Shown in pieces: positions 21,230 through 30,211 of a stretch of 64,000 bases of DNA. A program made the translations under genes and the position numbers. The stretch is taken from the NCBI GenBank assembly GCA_051002235.1, contig JBPCMN010000069.1, positions 670-64,669 on the forward strand, read 5' to 3'. Within the stretch, counting starts at the first letter, position 1; each line of letters begins with the position of its first letter. The notes under the pieces were generated by a model that ran no database searches, was not told the origin of the DNA, and was given only the letters and a program-made list of their open reading frames with translations. Source of the stretch: Acidimicrobiia bacterium. GTDB taxonomy: Bacteria > Actinomycetota > Acidimicrobiia > IMCC26256 > JACDBD01.

Positions 21230-21999
21230 TGCCCGAGCGGCAGCCGATCATGGCGGGCAACTGGAAGATGCACCACACGCACCTGGAGGCGATCCAGGTC
21301 GTCCAGAAGCTCTCGTACCAGCTCGACGAGAAGGACTACGACGGCTGCGAGGTCGTCGTCTGCCCGGCGTTCACCGCGCTGCGCTCGGTCCAGACGGTGC
21401 TCGAGGCCGACCGCATCCCCATCGCGCTCGGCGCCCAGGACGTGCACTGGAAGGAGCAGGGCGCGTTCACCGGCGAGGTCAGCCCGGTCATGCTGGCCAA
21501 GCTCAACGTGTCGTACGTCATCGTGGGGCACTCGGAGCGGCGCGAGCTCTTCGGTGAGACCGACGAGACCGTGAGCCTGAAGCTCAAGGCCGTGCTCAAG
21601 CACGGCATGTCGCCCATCGTCTGCGTCGGCGAGACGCTCGACGAGCGCGAGGCCGGGCGCACCGACACCAAGGTGAGCGGCCAGATCCGGGCCGGCTTCG
21701 CCGGGGTCAGGGGCGAGGACCCGCTCCGGTGCGTCGTCGCCTACGAGCCCATCTGGGCCATCGGGACCGGGCGCAACGCGACGCCCGAGGACGCCAGCGC
21801 GACGATCGCGGTGATCCGCCAGACGCTTCGGGAGCTCTACAAGGGCGACGCCGACGAGATCCGCATCCAGTACGGCGGCAGCGTGAAGCCCGGGAACATC
21901 GCCGACCTGATGGCGATGCCCGAGATCGACGGCGCCCTCGTGGGCGGCGCGTCGCTCGACCCGGTCGATTTCTCCCGGCTCATCAAGTACCGGGCCTGA
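21229..21999 (+). CDS. tpiA: triosephosphate isomerase
   Basis: AGNWKMH, VGHSERR, AYEPIWAIGTG, GGASL motifs. TGATG overlap with pgk. Confidence 0.95.
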   Translation: MPERQPIMAGNWKMHHTHLEAIQVVQKLSYQLDEKDYDGCEVVVCPAFTALRSVQTVLEADRIPIALGAQDVHWKEQGAFTGEVSPVMLAKLNVSYVIVGHSERRELFGETDETVSLKLKAVLKHGMSPIVCVGETLDEREAGRTDTKVSGQIRAGFAGVRGEDPLRCVVAYEPIWAIGTGRNATPEDASATIAVIRQTLRELYKGDADEIRIQYGGSVKPGNIADLMAMPEIDGALVGGASLDPVDFSRLIKYRA

Positions 22000-22017
22000 G
22001 CGGTAGGATCTCGGGCC

Positions 22018-22251
22018 GTGATCAACGTCATCCTCATCGGGTTCCAGATCCTGACGTCGTCGCTGCTGATCCTGTTCATCCTGCTCCACGCCGGGCGGGG
22101 CGGCGGCCTCTCCGACATGTTCGGCGGCCAGATGGGCGGCTCCATGGCCGGCTCGACCGTCGTCGAGCGCAACCTCGATCGCCTCACGATCATCACCGCG
22201 GTCGTATTCACGTTCGCGACCGTGCTCCTCGCGCTCCGCCTCAACAGCTGA
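22018..22251 (+). CDS. secG: preprotein translocase subunit SecG
   Basis: 77 aa with two TM segments and the central GGGLSDMFGG motif. Sits in the conserved tpiA-secG position. Confidence 0.85.
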   Translation: MINVILIGFQILTSSLLILFILLHAGRGGGLSDMFGGQMGGSMAGSTVVERNLDRLTIITAVVFTFATVLLALRLNS

Positions 22252-22262
22252 CGCGCTTCCTC

Positions 22263-22290
22263 TTCGGGCGCGCAGGCGCGGCGGTACAAT
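22263..22290 (+). promoter_or_regulatory. possible promoter for tRNA-Leu (TTCGGG - 16 nt - TACAAT)
   Basis: TACAAT at 22285-22290 lies 9 nt upstream of the tRNA 5' end, and a weak -35-like hexamer lies 16 nt upstream of it. Pattern match only. Confidence 0.3.
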
Positions 22291-22299
22291 CTCTTCCTC

Positions 22300-22385
22300 G
22301 TCGGAGTGGCGGAATCGGCAGACGCGCTAGCTTGAGGGGCTAGTGCCCGCAAGGGCGTGGGGGTTCAAGTCCCCCCTCCGACACC
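22300..22385 (+). tRNA. tRNA-Leu (anticodon GAG), class II with long variable arm
   Basis: Acceptor GTCGGAG pairs with CTCCGAC. Anticodon stem CTAGC/GCTAG encloses loop TTGAGGG, giving anticodon GAG. Variable arm TGCCCGCAAGGGCGT, T-arm GGGGG-TTCAAGT-CCCCC, discriminator A, then CC (no encoded terminal A). Confidence 0.9.
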
Positions 22386-22420
22386 GATCGTGTACAACGG
22401 GGCAGCCCTCACCGGCACGA

Positions 22421-23389
22421 TCAGACGACAAGAGTGGGCGCATTGCTGAGAATGCTTTCCGCCTCGGACTCGAGCATCCGCACGATGTCGGCGGCGGGCA
22501 GTAGCTCGCCGATGAGCCCAGCGCTCTGGCCTCCGACTACGACGAGCTCTTCCAGCTTGCCCTCGGTCGCGGCGGTCGCGAGTTCGGTCAGCGCCGGGGT
22601 TGGATCAGCACTGATCTCGTCCCGGCGCTGCTGCCAGGCGTCGGTGAACGCTGTACGCAGGGCGCGCACCCGCGTGCCGTAGCCCAGTGCCCCCGGATTC
22701 GGCCTGAGGTCGTTGAAGAAGTCGAGCTGCACCCATGTTTCGGAGGCCGAAGTGAGGATCGCCCGCTTCCAGATGTGCCCGACGGGCGATTCCTCCGAGG
22801 CGAGGAAGCGGGTCCCGAGGTTGACGCCCGCTGCTCCGAGAACGAGCGCAGCGGCGACGCCACGACCGTCGGCGATTCCGCCGGCTGCGAGGACCGGCAC
22901 CGGGCGGACGGCATCAACGACCTGAGGGACCAGGGCGAGCGTGGCGACGCTCCCGCCGTAGCCTCCGGCCTCTGCTCCTTGGGCGACGATGATGTCGGCG
23001 CCGTGATCGACGGCAACCTCAGCCTGCTGGACCGTGGTGACCTGTTGCATGACCAGACTGCCCACATCGTGGGCCTTCTTCATGAGTTCGCCGGCGTCAT
23101 CCAGCGCGAACGACACAACCGCGGGAGCAGCTTCGAGCGTGAGTTCGAACCCGATGTAGTCGAGATCGGGTACAACGTGGTTCAGCGCGAACGGCTGCTC
23201 GGTCGAGTCGCTGAGTTCTGCGACGTCGCGGCGTAGCTGTTCCACCGGTCGCTGCCAGGCACCGAGGCTGCCGAGGCCACCGGCGTTGGACACGGCTGCG
23301 GCGAGGGCCGGTGAAGTGAAGATGCTCATCCCGGCCTGGACCACAGGCACGTCGATGCCCACCAGGTCACACAGTGCCGTGTGCAGCAT
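22421..23389 (-). CDS. nitronate monooxygenase / 2-nitropropane dioxygenase-like FMN oxidoreductase
   Basis: MLHTALCDLVGIDVPVVQAGMSIFTSPALAAAVSNAGGLGSLGA, AQGAEAGGYGG and LAAGGIADGRG are typical of the NMO/FabK-like TIM-barrel family. Confidence 0.85.
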   Translation of the reverse strand: MLHTALCDLVGIDVPVVQAGMSIFTSPALAAAVSNAGGLGSLGAWQRPVEQLRRDVAELSDSTEQPFALNHVVPDLDYIGFELTLEAAPAVVSFALDDAGELMKKAHDVGSLVMQQVTTVQQAEVAVDHGADIIVAQGAEAGGYGGSVATLALVPQVVDAVRPVPVLAAGGIADGRGVAAALVLGAAGVNLGTRFLASEESPVGHIWKRAILTSASETWVQLDFFNDLRPNPGALGYGTRVRALRTAFTDAWQQRRDEISADPTPALTELATAATEGKLEELVVVGGQSAGLIGELLPAADIVRMLESEAESILSNAPTLVV

Positions 23390-23582
23390 GGATCCCTCGC
23401 CAGAGTGGAGCTCGGCTCGCGCTCGGCGAATCTAGTCATGCTCGGAGACGTCGGCCGGCCGTTCCCGCGGCGGCCGCGTGCGCTTTCGGTCTCGTAGCTC
23501 GAGAGGCGAACGCGCAGACGGCGTGGACCTGACGTGATAGCTGAAGGTTTCCTCGACGAACCTTCGCACGAAAACGCGACCA

Positions 23583-23621
23583 CCCCACCCGTCACCGGTT
23601 CTCTGCCGATGACGGGTGGGG
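23583..23621 (-). terminator. 12-bp perfect stem hairpin downstream of the small secreted-protein gene (copy A)
   Basis: CCCCACCCGTCA - 15 nt - TGACGGGTGGGG. On the minus strand it is followed by CGCGTTTTCG. The same hairpin is conserved at 39969-40007 behind the paralogous gene. Confidence 0.45.
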
Positions 23622-23647
23622 CGAGCGAACTCCGACGTAGGGCTCCG

Positions 23648-24175
23648 TTAGAGCGGGCTGTCGAATCTGTGACAGCCGTAGTACTCGAAGGGGACACCGA
23701 TGTCAGGAAGGTACGTGTACTGCCGACTCGGCGGGTCGGTGGGACAAGGCTGACCCTGGAACAGGTCGGCTCTGATGTTGAACTCCGTTCCAAGGAACGG
23801 CGCGTCGGTAGATGCCGGGTCCGTCGTGTCGAAGACGAGGACGGTGAACGTCTCCGCGTCGCCGGAGGTGACGCTCGCGAGCACCCCGGGGCCTGCGCAG
23901 TGCACAGCGTGTACCACGTATAGGCAGTCCCAACCCACGGCGTCGAGGGCTGCGGGACTGACGCCATTCGCGGCCCAGGGGTTGACCGAAGGCGACTCGG
24001 TGCCGGCGGCTGCTCCCCGTCCGTTTACGGCCGAGGCAACTGTCGGTTTGGTCGGATTGGTCGCGTTGGCGCTCCTTGGGCTGACGGTCGTGAACAGCGC
24101 CAGGATCCCGAGAGCGAGCACGACGACCACGGTCAGCGCCGCGAGTCGGTGTCGATGCAGAGAGATGAGGTGCAT
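23648..24175 (-). CDS. small secreted/membrane-anchored protein with four conserved Cys (paralog A)
   Basis: ATG at 24175 (MHLISLHRHRLAALTVVVVLALGILALF) with an AAGGAAAGG RBS. The C-terminal ~110 aa are close to those of 40038-40532 (GWDCLYVVHAVHC...QGQPCPTDPP...FEYYGCH.FDSPL). Confidence 0.65.
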   Translation of the reverse strand: MHLISLHRHRLAALTVVVVLALGILALFTTVSPRSANATNPTKPTVASAVNGRGAAAGTESPSVNPWAANGVSPAALDAVGWDCLYVVHAVHCAGPGVLASVTSGDAETFTVLVFDTTDPASTDAPFLGTEFNIRADLFQGQPCPTDPPSRQYTYLPDIGVPFEYYGCHRFDSPL

Positions 24176-24444
24176 GGCGTACGCCTTTCCTTGGGTGGAA
24201 GTTCGGGTGAGTACCCGGACTTCGGTCTTCGTGTGACGCGATCGTGCGCTGAGGGGCTCTCGCGTCACTCCCGCGTGATCTGTTTCGACAAGCGAGGAAC
24301 GGGGATGTCCGATCCGGTTCCCGCGCATGCGCTGCCGACTCTGGAGCAGCGGATGGATGACGTTCGGGCGGTGCTCGACGCGGTCGGTTCGGAGCAGGTG
24401 AGCATCCCCCCTTTCTGTGGAGGCATCACCTATGAGGAGATGTC

Positions 24445-24732
24445 ATGACGGAGAGACGGAGGTTCGATCCGGAGTTCCGTGAGGGTGCGGTCCGGATCGT
24501 GAGGGAGACGGGCAAGCCGATCGCGGTGGTCGCTCGGGATCTCGGGATCGGGGCGGGCACGCTTGGGAACTGGGTCAAGAACGATCGCGTCGAACGCGGT
24601 GAGGCCGAGGGGCTGACGTTCGATGATCGTGGCGAGTTGACGCGGCTGCGCAAGCGGGTCGCGGAGCTCGAGATGGAGCGTGATGTCCTCAAACGATCGG
24701 TGGTCCTGTGGGTCAAGGAGGCGACGCGATGA
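24445..24732 (+). CDS. IS3-family transposase OrfA (HTH)
   Basis: [45 protein letters not shown]...[18 protein letters not shown] is a typical IS3 OrfA with a leucine-zipper end. Confidence 0.85.
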   Translation: MTERRRFDPEFREGAVRIVRETGKPIAVVARDLGIGAGTLGNWVKNDRVERGEAEGLTFDDRGELTRLRKRVAELEMERDVLKRSVVLWVKEATR

Positions 24733-25622
24733 GCGTGGCGTCGCATATCGCCTCCCAGAGGACCGAGCACGGTGTTCCCCATGCGGTCGCGTGTCGGGCC
24801 CTGGGGGTGAGCGAGTCCTGGTTCTACAAGTGGCACCACCGGCCCCCGACGCCACGCCAACGACGACGGGTCGCGCTGGTCGAGGCGATCACCGAGGCGT
24901 TCGAGGCGTCGGGGCGGACCTATGGCTCCCCGCGGGTCCACGTCGAGCTGCGGGACCAGGGCTGGACGGTCAACGAGAAGACGGTGGCTCGGCTCATGGC
25001 CACCGAGGGCCTGGTCGCCCGAGCCAAGAAGCGCCGGCGCAGTCTGACCCGCCCCGACACGCGCGCAGTGCCGTTTGCGGACCTGGTCCGGCGGGACTTC
25101 TCGGCCCCGGCCCCCGATGTGACCTGGTGCGGGGATCTCAAGGTCATCGACACGCTCGAGGGACCGTTGTATCTGGGGACGGTCGAGGACCTGTTCTCCC
25201 GGCGGCTGTTGGGCTTCGCGATGAGCGAACATCCCGACGCGGCCCTGGCCCGTGACGCGATCCACATGGCCGTCGCGGTGCGCGGCGGGGACGTCGCCGG
25301 CGTGATCTTCCATTCGGATCGCGGGTCGACCTACACCGCGGACCTGTTCACCAGCGCGTGCACCAAGCTGAAGATCCGCCAGTCCATGGGCCGGGTCGGC
25401 TCCGCGCTCGACAACGCGGCGGCCGAGTCGTTCTTCTCGACGCTCGAACACGAGCGGCTGACCCGACGAACGTACGCGACGCGAGCCGAAGCCCGTCGAG
25501 ATGTCGCCCGCTGGATCGACGAGTTCTACAACCCGCGTCGACGACACAGCACCTGCGGCATGCTCTCGCCCGTCGCGTACGAGCACGCTCACGCAGCGCA
25601 ACTCGCACGGACCGCCGCGTGA
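24708..25622 (+). CDS. IS3-family transposase OrfB (DDE/rve integrase core)
   Basis: The HTH_21-like N-terminus ([10 protein letters not shown]) and rve core (WCGDLKVI...[10 protein letters not shown]...[15 protein letters not shown]) are both present. It lies in the -1 frame relative to OrfA, with an ATGA overlap at 24729-24732, so it is expressed either as a fusion by frameshift or from ATG 24729. Confidence 0.9.
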   Translation: MGQGGDAMSVASHIASQRTEHGVPHAVACRALGVSESWFYKWHHRPPTPRQRRRVALVEAITEAFEASGRTYGSPRVHVELRDQGWTVNEKTVARLMATEGLVARAKKRRRSLTRPDTRAVPFADLVRRDFSAPAPDVTWCGDLKVIDTLEGPLYLGTVEDLFSRRLLGFAMSEHPDAALARDAIHMAVAVRGGDVAGVIFHSDRGSTYTADLFTSACTKLKIRQSMGRVGSALDNAAAESFFSTLEHERLTRRTYATRAEARRDVARWIDEFYNPRRRHSTCGMLSPVAYEHAHAAQLARTAA

Positions 25623-26936
25623 ACGTCAAACCGAGCGCGCGTGCGACGCTGTGTTGCGATCTCAGCCACGTTGACGAACGCGCTGGCACCAGACACCCGG
25701 CCGCGCGATCGTTCACCCAACCCAACACAACCCTCCACGATCAGGGGGGAAGCTCACAGGCGGCCGTGGTCGGGGTGTCCGAAGGAGGTCAGATGGCGGC
25801 TCTCTTCGCCGCCACGTACCCGGAGCGTACCCGGGCACTCGTCCTGTACGGCACACCTACGCCCGCATCAAAAGCGACCCGGACTACCCGCCGGGCGTGT
25901 CAGACGACGTTCTGGAGGCGCTCATCGGTGAGATCGAGGCCCACTGGGGCGAGGTAACGGAGCCCTTGGCCGCGTTTGCGATCAGCGCAGTAGGCGACCC
26001 ACGGTTCAAAGACTGGCTGGGTCGCTACGCACAGAACTCGGCCAGCCCGGGGACAGCGGTGACCCTGCTGCGCATGAACAACGACATCGACGTGCGCCCC
26101 GCACTGCCGGCCATCCCGGTCCCGGTCCTCGTACTGCACCGAGTCGACGATCCACTCATCAGGGCCGAGCACGGCCGGTACCTCGCCGAGCACATTCCGC
26201 GAGCGAAGTACGTCGAGCTCCCCGGCGACGACCATCTCGTCTTCGCGGGGGATGTGGACGGCCTCGTGGACGAGATCGAGCACTTCCTGACCGGGGCCCA
26301 CCGAGTAACCGAACCAGACCGGGTGCTGGCGACATTGCTCTTCACAGAGATCGTGGACCCCACCTCGCGAGCAGCTGAGCTGGGAGAGCAGCAATGGAGC
26401 GAATTACTCGATCGTCACCGCGAGATCATGCGGCGCGAGCTCGAGCGATTCCGCGGCCGGGAGGTGACAGCAACCGGTGACGTATGCCTCGCCGCATTCG
26501 ATGGTCCAGCCCGGGCCGTACAGTGTGGCCTGGCCGCAATCGAAGCGGTCCGGTGCCTCGGTATCGAGTTGCGCGTCGGCATCCACACCGGCGAATGCGA
26601 ACAGCGCGGCGACCAGCTCGGCGGCATCGCACTGCACGTCCCGGCCCGGATCGCTGCACTCGCGCAACCCGGCCAAGTGCTCGTCTCGCGCACCGTCACC
26701 GATCTCGTCGTCGGTTCCAGCCTCGAATTCACCGACCGCGGCGAGCACGAACTCAACGACGTACCGGGGAGCTGGCGGCTCTTCGCCGTCGAGCCGCCTG
26801 ATCGGGTGGGGTCGTAGGGTTCCTGTCGCCCCGCCCCGTGGCCGCAACGTCCTAACGCTCGGCCCGCGGTACGAGCCCTTCTGTTCAGGCCCCGATCGGA
26901 GCCGTGCGGATGAGCCGCGCCCGTGGGGTCAAGGCG

Positions 26937-26955
26937 CAAGTCCCCCCTCCGACAC
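26937..26955 (+). repeat. 19-bp copy of the tRNA-Leu 3' end (att-like core)
   Basis: CAAGTCCCCCCTCCGACAC is identical to 22366-22384. It is preceded by a ~120-bp block that is also conserved upstream of the copy at 43082-43100. Confidence 0.85.
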
Positions 26956-27410
26956 GCCTGGTCGCGAGCGAAACCGCTGGTCAGCGCCACTGTTACGAGC
27001 GCACGAACCGGCCTGAGGAGCCCCGCGATCACAGAATGATCACAGGGGAGGTGACTCGTGGGCTGGCGCCCGCTCAGCCAAAGGAGCGACGCCGATTCCG
27101 CCAGGAGTGGCCAATCACTCGCGCGGACATCTTCGCCGCCGACGAGGAGTGGATACCGCCATCCTTCCCGCAGGAGACGCCACTCCATCCGCCGATCGGC
27201 GCGTGGTGAGGCTTACGGAAGCGCCAGCGTTCCACGGATCAGGTGTGTGCTTTCGGGCGCCAACGCCTCACCGAGCGGCGGCGCCGGTGGCGGCGGTGAG
27301 TGACGACGACCGCGCATCCCAACGGGGGACCCCTATCGGAGCCCGAGCTGTCCGCGTATAGTCCCCAGAGGGGATATATGACCGATTTGGTCATTGTGGG
27401 GTAGGCGCGC

Positions 27411-28082
27411 ATGACGGTGGGGTGGTATCCCGACCCGACTGGTCGGCGGGAACAGCGGTATTGGGACGGGTCCGCCTGGACTGAACACGTGAGCGCAGGC
27501 GGGCAGCAATCGACGGACGAGATCACCGGGGATTACGCGGCTCCTCGCACACAGGCGACCCAGACGACCTCGACGCAGGCTCCCGTGGCAGTTGCACCCA
27601 GGAAACGTCCACCGACGAACCTGGGGCCGCTGCTCGTCACGCTGGGCGGTGGCGGGCTGATCGCCGGGGCGCTCATGCCGTGGGTGAGCGCGACCGCTCC
27701 GTTCATCGGGCAGGTGTCCTACGCCGGCACGAAGGGTGACGGCCAGCTGACCCTCGTCGGTGGTGCGATCATCGCAGTGCTCGGCCTGGTGCTGTTCAGC
27801 AACCCGGCGAACCGTGCCGCCGCGGTCTTCGCGCTGCTCGTCGCGATCGGCGCGGCGGTGGTGTGCTTCTACGACATCAGCAACGTCTCCGAAGCTGTCG
27901 ACGAAGCCAAGGACCTCGAAGTCGGGGTTGACGCGGAAGTCGGCTCGGGTTTGTACGTCTCGGTCGTCAGCGCCGTTGGCGCCGGCGTCGGAGCGATCAT
28001 TGCCGTGAACACGAAGACCTCAACGCCCCGCGCTGGACGCGAAGAAGCCCCCCGCCCGGAGGCGGGGGGCGTTGACACGTAA
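27411..28082 (+). CDS. DUF2510-like membrane protein
   Basis: N-terminal GWYPDPTGRREQRYWDGSAWTEHV (DUF2510 signature) followed by about four TM segments. A TATAGT -10-like hexamer lies about 50 nt upstream. Confidence 0.7.
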   Translation: MTVGWYPDPTGRREQRYWDGSAWTEHVSAGGQQSTDEITGDYAAPRTQATQTTSTQAPVAVAPRKRPPTNLGPLLVTLGGGGLIAGALMPWVSATAPFIGQVSYAGTKGDGQLTLVGGAIIAVLGLVLFSNPANRAAAVFALLVAIGAAVVCFYDISNVSEAVDEAKDLEVGVDAEVGSGLYVSVVSAVGAGVGAIIAVNTKTSTPRAGREEAPRPEAGGVDT

Positions 28083-28911
28083 GCAGCACGCGATGCTACG
28101 ACCCGCTCAGAGGCAGAGGCCAAGCAGCTGGGAGAGAGCGGCGTTCTGTCGGCTCTCCGTCGCAATCACGGTGGTCGTGGTCGCCGCCGCTCCCGCGTTC
28201 GCCAGCGTGGGGCGTCAGAGTGCTTTACCGGTGGTCATCAGCGGCGAGGAAGCTGCGCCGGCTGACCAATCATTGGTGGGGACAGCCGACACCGCAACCA
28301 TCCCGAAGGGCCGGAATCGGAAGCTCGTCGTTGTAGCGAACGGCCCCTCGCAAGACGGCAGTGTCCCAGTTGTCGTTCGCAACAACAAGAAGCGACGGGT
28401 CACCAACATCGAGGTACAGGGCACCGCGCGGGATGCCGCGGGGACCGTGATCGGGAGCGGCTCGTCCCAGGGCATCGAACCAGCTGCCCTGCCTCCCGGC
28501 GGCATCGGAATCGGTTACGTGTACTTCGGGTTCGACGATGAGCAGCGACTCGCGGACGCCACCTTCAAGTTCACGGTCAGTGCGGAGAAATCGAGTGACG
28601 CGGAGCGCGACTACTTCGTCTCCGTCGAGGTCACCGAGCACAACAAGGTTGAGAGCCTCGAGTTCGACTTTCTGCAGGGCGAGATCGTCGGCATCGTCCG
28701 GAACCCGCTCGACATAGAGGTGACGGGTCCAATCGGAGTCCTCGCGGCGTGTTTCGACGAGAGCGGTGCGCCAGTGCTGTCATCCAGGGGCTACACAGAG
28801 GTCGAAGACCTTCAGCCAGGCGCCGAATCACCGTTTTCGGTCGACTACTTCGAAACGCCGTGTCCCACCTACCTAGTTGGCGCGAGCGGCTTCAATGAGA
28901 GCGCGCTCTAG
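28072..28911 (+). CDS. hypothetical secreted protein
   Basis: 279-aa ORF with an N-terminal hydrophobic segment (LSVAITVVVVAAAPAFASV). No family recognised and the start is uncertain. Confidence 0.5.
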   Translation: MTRKQHAMLRPAQRQRPSSWERAAFCRLSVAITVVVVAAAPAFASVGRQSALPVVISGEEAAPADQSLVGTADTATIPKGRNRKLVVVANGPSQDGSVPVVVRNNKKRRVTNIEVQGTARDAAGTVIGSGSSQGIEPAALPPGGIGIGYVYFGFDDEQRLADATFKFTVSAEKSSDAERDYFVSVEVTEHNKVESLEFDFLQGEIVGIVRNPLDIEVTGPIGVLAACFDESGAPVLSSRGYTEVEDLQPGAESPFSVDYFETPCPTYLVGASGFNESAL

Positions 28912-29091
28912 GTTGATCCATGCAGATGATGCGACGGGAACCCAATCTCGAACGTCTCCACGCGGACCGCGCCATTCCACTCGATCATCTGAGCTGTCGG
29001 CCGCGACTTTGAGGTCAACGGCCTGCTGCGTGAACGCCTGAAATCAGTGCAACCTGTAGCGTCTACTACGGCATAGGGGCGGGGCGGCTCG

Positions 29092-29979
29092 ATGCCGTTT
29101 TCCGCGGTTTCGCGACGTCGTGCAGTGGGAGGCACCCAGCTCGTCGAGAACCGCCGCCAGATCCACGCCTGGGAGCGTGCTGCGCTCGCCGAGCTGCGAA
29201 CCGGCGATCCCGAGACGGCTTTTGACATCTATCGAGACCGCGGGCGCGTCTATCACGCCCAAGACTCCGAGCGGGTGCGGGAGCAACTCGTCGACGACTG
29301 GTGGACCGCCCGCGCCCGCAAGCCGGACAGCATCATGATCGCCAGCCGGCGCGCCGACGTCGACGACCTCAACCACCGCGCCCGCCACCGCCTCGCCACC
29401 GCCAAGCGACTCGGGCCGGACGAACTCATCGCCTGCGGGCGCGCCTTCGCCGTCGGCGACGAGGTCCTCGCTGCCCGCAACGACTACCAACTCGGCATCC
29501 TCAACGGCACCCGCGCCACCATCACCCGAATCGACCATGCCACGGAAACAATCCACGCCCGTCGCGGCTGTGCCAGCCACGAGATCGTCTTCCCACGCGG
29601 CTATGCCGGGGGCGGTTACCTCACCCATGCCTACGCGATGACGTTCCATAAGGCCCAGGGCATGACCGCGACGGAGAGTTTCGTCCTAGGTGACGACACC
29701 CTCGATCGCCAACGTGCCTACACCGGCCTCTCGAGAGGCACACATCGAAACGCGCTCTACATCGAGTCATCCGGCCAAACGAACGAGGAACAGCACGCGC
29801 CGTCAGCCGTGAACGATGCCGTCGCTCGCGCTCGCCTGGCCCTCGCGCGCACGCTCGCCAAGTCCATGGCGACCGACCAAGTCGAGCCCAGCCGCGGCCC
29901 CGCGACCGCGCCCACTCGTGGTGCGCCGTCGCGCCCACCTCCCGCCCCGCCGGACCTCGGACCCGACCTGGGCCTCTGA
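29092..29979 (+). pseudogene. 5'-truncated conjugative relaxase/helicase (MobF TraA/TrwC-like) fragment, C-terminal helicase part only
   Basis: WERAALAELRTGDPETAFDIYRDRGRVY, IMIASRRADVDDLNHRAR, GDEVLAARNDYQLGILNGTRATI, THAYAMTFHKAQGMTA and RQRAYTGLSRGTHRN match the C-terminal RecD-like region of MobF relaxases. No relaxase (HUH) or Walker A region lies upstream. Confidence 0.7.
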
Positions 29980-30211
29980 CGCGCGCCGGCTGAGGGCTTC
30001 GGCCGTTCTCGCATCCTGCGAGATACTCAGGCGTGAAGTGCGCAAAGTATCGCTCACCTCGCCGGCGGGGAACGCGCCATCGGCGAGAACCTCCCTACGT
30101 GGAACGGCTGCAGTAGGTGGGAGCGCAGCGACTTCTCGTACCCGCGCTGATGCCCGGTGCTTGGAGCAGCCGTGCGGGTTACTCTCGCAATCGGCGTTCG
30201 CTGGAACGGGG

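Larger units (their letters stand above)
24399..25756 (+). mobile_element. IS3-family insertion sequence (1358 bp) with imperfect terminal IRs and a 4-bp target duplication
   Basis: IRL TGAGCATCCCCCCTTTCTGTGGAGG versus the reverse complement of the right end, TGAGCTTCCCCCCTGATCGTGGAGG (21/25 match, TG...CA termini). CAGG is duplicated at 24395-24398 and 25757-25760. Removing the IS plus one CAGG restores the host frame (GSEQ-AAVVGVSEGG). Confidence 0.9.
24276..26817 (+). pseudogene. decayed paralog of the alpha/beta-hydrolase + class III cyclase gene (5' deletion, IS3 insertion, frameshift)
   Basis: Homology to 40755-42962 starts abruptly at ICFDKRGTGMSDP, so about 1.16 kb present in the intact copy is missing. 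The frame is broken by the IS at 24399-25756 and resumes at AAVVGVSEGGQMAALFAATYPERTRALVLYG. It shifts again near 25851-25855 before TYARIKSDPDYPPG...cyclase domain...RLFAVEPPDRVGS*. Confidence 0.85.

Noticed and set aside
26841-26955. Possible second (degenerate) tRNA or tmRNA-like gene ending in ...GTCCCCCCTCCGACAC. Similar blocks occur at 42985-43100 and 45330-45383.
   Set aside because: No complementary 5' acceptor strand, D-arm or anticodon arm can be folded. Only the 3' ~19 nt match tRNA-Leu, which is better explained as att-site remnants.
29816-30211. ORF-track N-terminal extension making the LuxR regulator 1025 aa.
   Set aside because: The extension overlaps the relaxase fragment in another frame and is Arg/Pro/Ser-rich. 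The conserved regulator sequence starts near GTG 30212, just before the P-loop region.
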